DNA of 64,000 nucleotides from Kiritimatiellia bacterium (GTDB lineage Bacteria; Verrucomicrobiota; Kiritimatiellia; RFP12; UBA1067): NCBI GenBank assembly GCA_050949565.1, contig JBMNFY010000019.1, positions 1 to 64,000 of the forward strand, read 5' to 3'. Shown piece by piece: positions 56,933 to 64,000 of this stretch (position 1 is its first letter; each line of letters starts with the position of its first letter). The notes under the pieces were generated by a model. It saw only the letters and a program-made list of their open reading frames with translations, ran no database searches and was not told where the DNA came from. The position numbers and the translations under genes were made by a program.

Positions 56933-58023
56933 GAAATCACCTGCTTCTTCATCGCTGCGCGGGCCGCTTCGACCACATCAGCCACGGTCATCACCATGCC
57001 GCCCATCCGGTTGCAGAGTCCCACCTCTTGGTGCCGCCCGCCGACCGTGGCAAGCGCGAGGATCACATCATTGTAAAACTGCCCGGCACTCAGTTCAACC
57101 ACCATCGCCCGGCGGCCGAGCAGCGTCGTGCTCAACGCCTCATCCGGGAACGGACTGAGCGTCAAGGGGCGGAACACGCCGGCCTTCACGCCCTCGGCCC
57201 GCAGCGCTTCGGCGGCCGTGCGCGCGATGCGACTGCAAATTCCGTAGGCCACCAACACGATCTCCGCATCGTCGCACAGATACGCCTCGTGGCGCGCGTC
57301 AGCCTGCATCGCAACGTACTTGGCCTGCAAACGCAGATTGTGCGCCTCCTGCGCCGGCGCGTCCAGATAGATCGACGTGATCAGATTCTTGCGCGTCTCG
57401 GGGGTGCCGTGTACTGCCCACCCCGACGTGTCGGGCCGCGGTTGCTCGCGCTCCGGCAGCACCAGCGTCTCCATCATCTGCCCCAGCAGTCCGTCGGCCA
57501 GCACAATCGCCGGCGTCATGTGCTTAAAGGAAAGCTCAAAGGCGCGCATCGTCAGATCGCACATCTCCTGCACACTGGCCGGCGCCAGCACCACGCACCG
57601 GTAATTCCCGTGGCCGCCGCCCTTGACCGCCTGATTGTAGTCGCCCTGTTCGGGGTACACGTTGCCGAGCCCCGGCCCGGCGCGCATGATGTTGACGATC
57701 ACGCCCGGCAGGTTGGCACCCGCCATGTAGGAGACGCCCTCCTGCATCAGGCTCATGCCCGGGCCCGAGGTCGCCGTCATCGAGAGGCGTCCCGCCGCCG
57801 CCGCGCCATAGACCATGTAGATCGACGCCGTCTCGCACTCAGCTTGCAAGAACTCGCGTCCCACCGAAGGGAACCAACGCGCCGCCGCATGCGCAATCTC
57901 GCTGGCCGGTGTAATGGGATACCCGAAATAGACATCGCAACCGGCGTAGAGTGCGCCAATCACGACCGCTTCATTACCTTTAACAAACTTTGTCATCGTT
58001 CCGTGTTCTTTCTCTCCGGACAC
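56929..58023 (-). CDS. vorB: 2-oxoacid:ferredoxin oxidoreductase alpha subunit (VorB-like)
   Basis: KGNEA, GYPITP, TSGPG and KGGGHG. Confidence 0.85.
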
Positions 58024-58047
58024 CTTTTGTGTCCGCGCGCATCCGCG

Positions 58048-58290
58048 CTACGGTTTCTGGATCGTAATCGCATACGGCTCGGGGCAGTTGTAGAAACAGA
58101 TCGCACATCCCGTGCAGCCCTCGCCCACATACTCCGCCGGTTTGACGCCCCGGCTATTCATCCGGTCGGCCAGCCGCAGACATTTTTGGGGACAAGCTTC
58201 CACACAGCGTCCGCAGCTCTTGCACTCATCGGCCGTGATCACTGGACGCGGCAGCGCCGATCCAACTTTTTCTTTCTCAGTGTCGGACAT
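58048..58290 (-). CDS. vorC: 2x[4Fe-4S] ferredoxin subunit (VorC-like)
   Basis: [12 protein letters not shown] and [12 protein letters not shown]. Confidence 0.85.
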   Translation of the reverse strand: MSDTEKEKVGSALPRPVITADECKSCGRCVEACPQKCLRLADRMNSRGVKPAEYVGEGCTGCAICFYNCPEPYAITIQKP

Positions 58291-58485
58291 TCCGTCTCCT
58301 CACCTCGCAACAGGTCTAAAAAAATTGGGCGACAGTTTGCCACTTTTACGCCCTTCACGCAAGCCATCTCTCCAAGTTTCCATTGCATTGCCCTGCTCGG
58401 AAGGGTATGGTTTAAAGGTCTCGCGGGTGATGGTTTTTTGTTCCGCTTTTTGATTTGAACCCCCGCGACGAAAGGAGCATTCACA

Positions 58486-59535
58486 ATGATGACAACGAAA
58501 GTTTTGCCCGCCCTACGCGGATTCATGGCCCAAGACCGCGACCTGCCCCGTCTCGAACGCGTCGAACCCGACGGCACAGAGCCCGCCGTTTCGATCCCGT
58601 CAGACTGCAATGACGTGCTGGCCGTGTTGCGCGACCGCCTTCCTGCCGACGCGCGACGCGTCACGATCGAATCGCTCGGCACCTACGCGGCTGTGTCCGC
58701 CACTGCCAAAGGACGTGCCACAGGCAAGATCGCAGTGGTCACCGGCGCCGCACAGGGCTTCGGTCTGGAAATCGCGACTGATCTCGCCGCACAGGGTGCC
58801 TGGGTGGCGCTGGCCGACATCAACGCGGAAGGTGTCCAGAAGGCAGCCGCAAAGATTAATGCCGAGTGCGGACGTGACGCCGCCATCGGTGTGGCCGTGA
58901 ACGTGACAGACCCCGACTCGATCGCGGCGGCACTGGAGTGCGTCGTGGCGACATTCGGCGGGATCGACCTCTTCGTTGCCAACGCAGGCGTGTTGCGCGC
59001 GGGCAGCGTCAAAGAAATTCCCGTCAAAGATTTCGATTTCGTCACCAACGTGAACTACAAGGGATATTTCCTCTGCGTTCAAAATGTAGCCCCGATCATG
59101 GCGCTCCAGCATCGTGCCGCGCCGCAGGCGTGGTTCGACATCATTCAGATCAACAGCAAATCCGGTCTGGTCGGCTCCAACAAAAACGGGGCCTACGCCG
59201 GCTCCAAGTTCGGCGGCATTGGACTGACGCAAAGTTTCGCGCTGGAACTGGTCGAGGACGGCATCAAGGTCAACTCGATCTGCCCCGGCAACTTTTATGA
59301 CGGCCCGCTCTGGTCCGATCCCGAAAAAGGACTCTTCAGACAATACCTCGACAGCGGTAAAGTGCCCGGCGCGAAAACCTTCGCCGACGTCAAGCGCTTC
59401 TACGAGTCAAAGGTGCCGATGCGCCGCGGCTGCACCACGCCGGATGTGATGAAGGCCCTCTATTATCTGATGGAGCAGGCCTACGAAACCGGACAGGCGA
59501 TTCCCGTCACCGGCGGGCAGGTCATGCTGGCGTAA
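58486..59535 (+). CDS. srlD: SDR oxidoreductase, sorbitol-6-phosphate 2-dehydrogenase-like, with an N-terminal extension
   Basis: TGAAQGFG, IIQINSKSG..GS..N.AY..SKFGG and KVPMRRGC. Confidence 0.7.
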   Translation: MMTTKVLPALRGFMAQDRDLPRLERVEPDGTEPAVSIPSDCNDVLAVLRDRLPADARRVTIESLGTYAAVSATAKGRATGKIAVVTGAAQGFGLEIATDLAAQGAWVALADINAEGVQKAAAKINAECGRDAAIGVAVNVTDPDSIAAALECVVATFGGIDLFVANAGVLRAGSVKEIPVKDFDFVTNVNYKGYFLCVQNVAPIMALQHRAAPQAWFDIIQINSKSGLVGSNKNGAYAGSKFGGIGLTQSFALELVEDGIKVNSICPGNFYDGPLWSDPEKGLFRQYLDSGKVPGAKTFADVKRFYESKVPMRRGCTTPDVMKALYYLMEQAYETGQAIPVTGGQVMLA

Positions 59536-59611
59536 TCGCGGGCGATAAAAAAAATACACTTCGGCCTTGCATTCCCCGCCTTCGATCTGTTAAGGTGTCT
59601 CGTATTCAAGA

Positions 59612-59688
59612 GCGCCTCTAGCTCAATTGGATAGAGCATCTGACTACGGATCAGAAGGTTGCAGGTTCAACTCCTGCGAGGCGCGCCA
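59612..59688 (+). tRNA. tRNA-Arg (ACG)
   Basis: Acceptor GCGCCTC/GAGGCGC; anticodon arm TCTGA-CTACGGA-TCAGA; GGTTCAA T-loop; CCA. Confidence 0.95.
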
Positions 59689-59703
59689 GAAGCAAAACCA
59701 GAT

Positions 59704-59780
<77 letters not shown>

Positions 59781-60022
59781 ATTTTCGGCCTCGGTTTTTT
59801 GGGGACCCTCCCAAACAAACCGAGGTTTTTTATTCCCCGGATACATAAAAACCAGGCTCTGGAATATCTCACACAAAGGCACCAAGGCCGCAAAGGGGTT
59901 GCTTTGCGGCTATTCAAAACTCCCAAATCCCGGCCCCCAACTTCTCCCTGCGTGCGATTCAGTCTCATGGAACCGAATCGTGCCCTTCCAAAAGCCCCGC
60001 TTTTCTGGCATGATAATCACCC

Positions 60023-61039
60023 ATGCAGACACGCCCCTCAGAAGAGTTTAACCAACGCAACGCTTCGTTCGACAATCGATTGCGCCCAACCCGCTTTGCC
60101 GACTTTGTCGGACAGCAGAAAGTCCGCGACCGATTGATGCTTGCCGTCGAGGCCGCTCGGCAGCGCGGCGAGGCGCTCGACCACGTCCTGCTTTCCGGTC
60201 CGCCCGGCCTCGGCAAAACCACATTGGCCTTTATCCTCGGCGAAGCGATGGGTGTTGCGGTCAAGACCACCTCTGGCCCCGTGATTGACAAACCGGGTGA
60301 TCTTGCGGGATTGCTGACAAGCGCCGAACCGGGCAGTATCATTTTTATCGACGAAATCCACCGGATGCAACGTACCGTGGAGGAGTATCTCTACTCCGCG
60401 ATGGAGGACTTTGTGATCGACATCATGATCGATCAAGGTCCCAACGCACGCTCGGTGCGTCTGGAACTGCCGCGTTTTACACTGGTAGGTGCCACCACGC
60501 GCAGCGGCTTGATCTCGGCACCGCTGCGCTCGCGTTTCGGTATCGCCAACCGGCTGGACTATTATCACGCTGACGAACTGGCCACGATCATCGAACGCTC
60601 CGCTGCCAAGTTGGAGGTGGAGATTGAACCGGATGGCGCGCGTGAAATCGCCTTCCGTGCTCGCGGCACACCGCGTATCGCCAACAACCTGTTGCGCCGC
60701 GTGCGTGATTTTGCCCAAGTGCGTGCCGACAACTGCATCACGCAGGAGGTCGCCGCAGAAGCGCTCGCGTTGCTGGAAATCGACCCGCGCGGTCTCGACG
60801 AGATGGACCTGCGCATCTTGGAGACGCTGGTCCTAAAGTTCAACGGCGGACCGGTAGGCCTCAATACCATCGCGGTGTCGGTCGGCGAAGAGCCTGACAC
60901 GATTGAAGAGGTCTACGAGCCGTTCTTGATTCAGGAGGGCTATCTGGAGCGTACCCCGAAGGGGCGTCTCGCCACGCCCGCCTGCTACAAGCGGCTCGGC
61001 GTCATGCCCGCCGCGCGTCAGAATGAGTTGGACCTGTAA
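60023..61039 (+). CDS. ruvB: Holliday junction branch migration helicase RuvB
   Basis: [33 protein letters not shown] and YEPFL..RTPKGR. Confidence 0.97.
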   Translation: MQTRPSEEFNQRNASFDNRLRPTRFADFVGQQKVRDRLMLAVEAARQRGEALDHVLLSGPPGLGKTTLAFILGEAMGVAVKTTSGPVIDKPGDLAGLLTSAEPGSIIFIDEIHRMQRTVEEYLYSAMEDFVIDIMIDQGPNARSVRLELPRFTLVGATTRSGLISAPLRSRFGIANRLDYYHADELATIIERSAAKLEVEIEPDGAREIAFRARGTPRIANNLLRRVRDFAQVRADNCITQEVAAEALALLEIDPRGLDEMDLRILETLVLKFNGGPVGLNTIAVSVGEEPDTIEEVYEPFLIQEGYLERTPKGRLATPACYKRLGVMPAARQNELDL

Positions 61040-61048
61040 GCGCGAACG

Positions 61049-63085
61049 CTACCGGGTGAAGTGCCGCGAATAGGCATAGCGGGCCTGTGGGCCCCCTTCG
61101 CGCGTCACCGTCAGCACCTTGTCATCCATGCTCAGCGCCGTGACCGGCATGACCGCCGCCCCTGCACTGGGCACAAGCGCGTAAAGCTGCCGTATCGTGC
61201 CAGCGGCCTGCTTGCGGTAGATCGCGGTCGGGATCGGGCGCACGCCGCCGTAGCCGGCCGACGAATCCGGCAGCCACCCCTGCACCACGGGCTCTTTCTG
61301 TCCCTTGACGATGGCCACACCGTCCGCACCGAACGCGGCCAAGGCAAGCGTGGCGCCCTCGTCCAGCGTGACCACCTGCAGGCCGTCCACCCGCACATCG
61401 GGCGCATCGAAATGGAAAAGCGTTTCATACAGGTGGGGCTTTCCGTCGAGCGCTTCCAGTTCGTCCGCGATGACAAACAGGTCCGGCTTCACGAAAAAGA
61501 CGTGCCGCGTATGACGCACAACCCGCGCGGCGTTGGTGCCCCACCCCTCTTCAAACACGGCGGCGGCGTGCTCAAAGTCGGCGTGCTGTTCCCACACACA
61601 CGGCTCGGGCTCTTTGACCACATAGGTGTCGCGTGGTGATTTGCGTCGGCATTGGTCCATCCCATCGACCATCACAAGATTGTGGGCGCGGCTGCTGAGC
61701 ACATAGCGACGCCAGTCGCTCGCGTCATAAGTGTAGACGCCACCCTCCACCAGCAACGACTTGCCGAATGCGGTCAAAGTCACGCTCAGCTTGTCTTCGT
61801 GCTGGTGGCCGTAACCGAACGGCCCGCCGTCCATGCACAACCAGAGATCCTTCTGATCCCAACCGCTGCGCAGGATGAACTGACCGGCGTACGGAAAGCG
61901 ATAAGAGGTCACTGCGGGCGGACGGCCCTCCTTACCGCGCGTCGCGACCCAGCGGAACTCCTCCCGGTGCGGAAACAGTTTCGCGCCGGTCCTCATCCAG
62001 CCCTCCACCCCCCCGGCACCTGAGTCGTTCAACGCCGGCGTCCGGCGGGTCGGCTGCATCGAATAGAGAAAATAATCAAACATCCGTTCCATCTTGGCGA
62101 CGTACGTGTCAGGCACCGCACAACCGGTCAGAGGCACCAGATTGATCGGCCCCAAAAAGTTATGGACCGAAACTCCATGATAGCCGGGCGCCAATTCGAT
62201 CTGCGCACCATCCGGATACACCTGGATGTCCAGTTCGGCGGTCAATCGTTCCAACGCGGTGGCGCGCCACCGCGCGGCGTCCTTGAACTCGGGAAAAAGC
62301 GCGCCAACATGATACAAGCCATTCGCCTCCATGGTGAGCCAGTTGCCGGTGGTCTTGAAGGCCATCAGGTACTCGGCATGTTCAACGTAGCTTTTGAGGA
62401 AGAGCGTAAGCGCCTCATCATCAAACGCGCGGGCGGACAGAAAAAGGTGATACACATCCGGCCACACGCCTCCGGCACGGATACCGGCTTCAATTGTGCG
62501 CCAGCGCGAAAAGGGACGATTATCCGGTTTCTTGACCGGCACGGGGCACGCCTGCACCCAGCTTTTCAACTGCGCGACAAATTCGACCGCGTACTTCTCG
62601 TCGCCGGTGGCGTAAAAGGCGCGGCCCAAGTCCTGCCACATCGGGTGACGGCTGAGCTGCCACGTCCACTCGTGATTGCGCGGCCACTTGGAATCGGGCT
62701 GCGTCGTGGGGTTGAATGCCCAATCGATGGTCTCGCCAAACGCCCACTCGATGCCGATGCTGGAGAGCCGACGTTGCAACGCCGCCTCGGCCCTTGGACT
62801 GACACGCGCCTTCTTGTTGGCCCCCGCGCGCTGCGGGTCAAAGGTCCAAGAGGGCGAAGTCCGCGTACGCAGATGTTGCGCAAACGCATGTTTCGCCGCC
62901 GTCCAGTCGGCGCGCGCCACCGCCGCCTTCACGTCCGCGAGTCCCGCCTGTTCCGTGTCGATCCGCGCAAAAAACTGCTCGTCCGTCAGGCGCGGCCCGA
63001 CCTCGGGTTCTGCAGCCGATACACACAGCGCCACCCAGCACGCTGTCACAACTCCGCACACCATCCCCATCTTCCGCTGTATCAT
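61049..63085 (-). CDS. secreted heparinase II/III-like polysaccharide lyase
   Basis: Signal peptide; EWTWQLSRH, WRTIEAGIR, GNW, DGAQIELAPGYH, GHQHEDKLS and AHN. Confidence 0.85.
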   Translation of the reverse strand: MIQRKMGMVCGVVTACWVALCVSAAEPEVGPRLTDEQFFARIDTEQAGLADVKAAVARADWTAAKHAFAQHLRTRTSPSWTFDPQRAGANKKARVSPRAEAALQRRLSSIGIEWAFGETIDWAFNPTTQPDSKWPRNHEWTWQLSRHPMWQDLGRAFYATGDEKYAVEFVAQLKSWVQACPVPVKKPDNRPFSRWRTIEAGIRAGGVWPDVYHLFLSARAFDDEALTLFLKSYVEHAEYLMAFKTTGNWLTMEANGLYHVGALFPEFKDAARWRATALERLTAELDIQVYPDGAQIELAPGYHGVSVHNFLGPINLVPLTGCAVPDTYVAKMERMFDYFLYSMQPTRRTPALNDSGAGGVEGWMRTGAKLFPHREEFRWVATRGKEGRPPAVTSYRFPYAGQFILRSGWDQKDLWLCMDGGPFGYGHQHEDKLSVTLTAFGKSLLVEGGVYTYDASDWRRYVLSSRAHNLVMVDGMDQCRRKSPRDTYVVKEPEPCVWEQHADFEHAAAVFEEGWGTNAARVVRHTRHVFFVKPDLFVIADELEALDGKPHLYETLFHFDAPDVRVDGLQVVTLDEGATLALAAFGADGVAIVKGQKEPVVQGWLPDSSAGYGGVRPIPTAIYRKQAAGTIRQLYALVPSAGAAVMPVTALSMDDKVLTVTREGGPQARYAYSRHFTR

Positions 63086-63093
63086 AAAGAACT

Positions 63094-63117
63094 CCTAAAC
63101 CCCAAATCCTAAATCCT
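63094..63117. repeat. heptamer tandem repeat (CCTAAAT-like x3)
   Basis: cctaaac cccaaat cctaaat cct. Confidence 0.65.
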
Positions 63118-63131
63118 CCTTTGGGTGCGAT

Positions 63132-63908
63132 TCAACCGTGTTGAATCGCTCCCAAAAACTCCCCTACCCGCTGCACGAAGAGCTCCGGCTGATCCACATG
63201 CACCAAGTGGCCGGCATCGGCGATCTCCGTAAAAACAGCCGCCGGGAACCAACCCCGAATCAGCGTTTCATCCGCCATCAACCGGAACGGCGAGGTCGCG
63301 CCCGCCACGAACAACGCAGGGCCCTCATACGGTGCCGTCAACGGCGGAGCGTCGCTCACCGTCCGGTAGTTGTCGATCAACGCACGCAGCGGCACACGCC
63401 AAACGAACCGCCCCTCCGCGTCACGCACAACGTTCTTCAACAGAAAATCGCGGGTGACCTGCTGCGGCACCCAGCGGCTTAACGCCTCGTCCAGTTCGCT
63501 GCGCCGCGTGGCTGCCGCCAGATCAAGCTGCTCGCAGGCCCGCAGGACAAACAGATGCACCGGCTGAATCGCGCGCGGCGAAATATCCACCACCACCACG
63601 CCGTTCAGTCGGTCACGGTGATCCGAAGTCATCTGCATGGCTACCTTGCCGCCCAGCGAATGCCCCAACACAACCGCCCGGTCCACACCCAGCGCCGACA
63701 TTGTCTCCGCCACATCGTCGCCAATGCTCGGCAAGTCGAAATGCGCGACGCGCGGCGAACGCCCGTGGTTGGGCAGGTCCAGACAGATCACGCGGAAGCG
63801 ATCCGCGAGCGTGGCGCGTATGCTGCGCCAATTCTCGCATGATCCCATCAGGCCGTGGAGTACGACGACAGTCTCTCCACGGCCTTCGCTCTCAGCGTAC
63901 AGGATCAT
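63132..63908 (-). CDS. alpha/beta hydrolase (YbfF-like esterase)
   Basis: LHGLMGS..NW, DLPNHGRS, GHSLGGK and AGHLVH. Confidence 0.9.
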   Translation of the reverse strand: MILYAESEGRGETVVVLHGLMGSCENWRSIRATLADRFRVICLDLPNHGRSPRVAHFDLPSIGDDVAETMSALGVDRAVVLGHSLGGKVAMQMTSDHRDRLNGVVVVDISPRAIQPVHLFVLRACEQLDLAAATRRSELDEALSRWVPQQVTRDFLLKNVVRDAEGRFVWRVPLRALIDNYRTVSDAPPLTAPYEGPALFVAGATSPFRLMADETLIRGWFPAAVFTEIADAGHLVHVDQPELFVQRVGEFLGAIQHG

Positions 63909-63909
63909 G

Positions 63910-64000
63910 TCACTTCGTCGTCATCCACTCCCGCACCGACTTCGCATCCAGCTTGCACATCAAGGCGGTCGCGCTCAAATCAACCTGCGCATCGCTCAGT
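63910..64000 (-). CDS. 3' end of a gene running off the window (unidentified)
   Basis: Open frame ...LSDAQVDLSATALMCKLDAKSVREWMTTK* ending 1 bp before the esterase start. Confidence 0.45.
   Translation of the reverse strand, partial: LSDAQVDLSATALMCKLDAKSVREWMTTK

Overview
High-GC bacterial window. The gene content, PATR-repeat secreted proteins and '..FYR' C-terminal domains suggest the PVC superphylum, probably Kiritimatiellae/Lentisphaerae (inference). Housekeeping content: ispD, a NifU-like/GGGtGRT pair, a Yej-type ABC transporter, a parvulin PPIase, recO, a TonB-dependent receptor with a TtpC-type TonB operon, hemW, aconitase, purN, vorCBA with an XRE-cupin regulator and acyl-CoA synthetase, an SrlD-like SDR, tRNA-Arg(ACG), initiator tRNA-Met, ruvB, a heparinase II/III-like lyase and an esterase. 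The most interesting part is a co-oriented minus-strand island at ~6.6-22 kb built like a polymorphic toxin system made of proteases and protease inhibitors. In order: a small secreted partner gene; a ~1500-aa membrane-anchored protein (frameshifted in this sequence) ending in a caspase/CHAT-like His-Cys peptidase tip; two tandem PepSY-tailed immunity-like genes; an orphan divergent copy of the tip; its own immunity paralogue, split in frame by nested IS elements; a serpin with a CrmA-like short loop and acidic P1; a second orphan tip of zincin HExxH type; and its partner gene. A gingipain/PorU-like C25 peptidase and a lone PqqD gene follow. Several frameshifts may be assembly indel errors. 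All calls come from motif recognition; no database searches were run.
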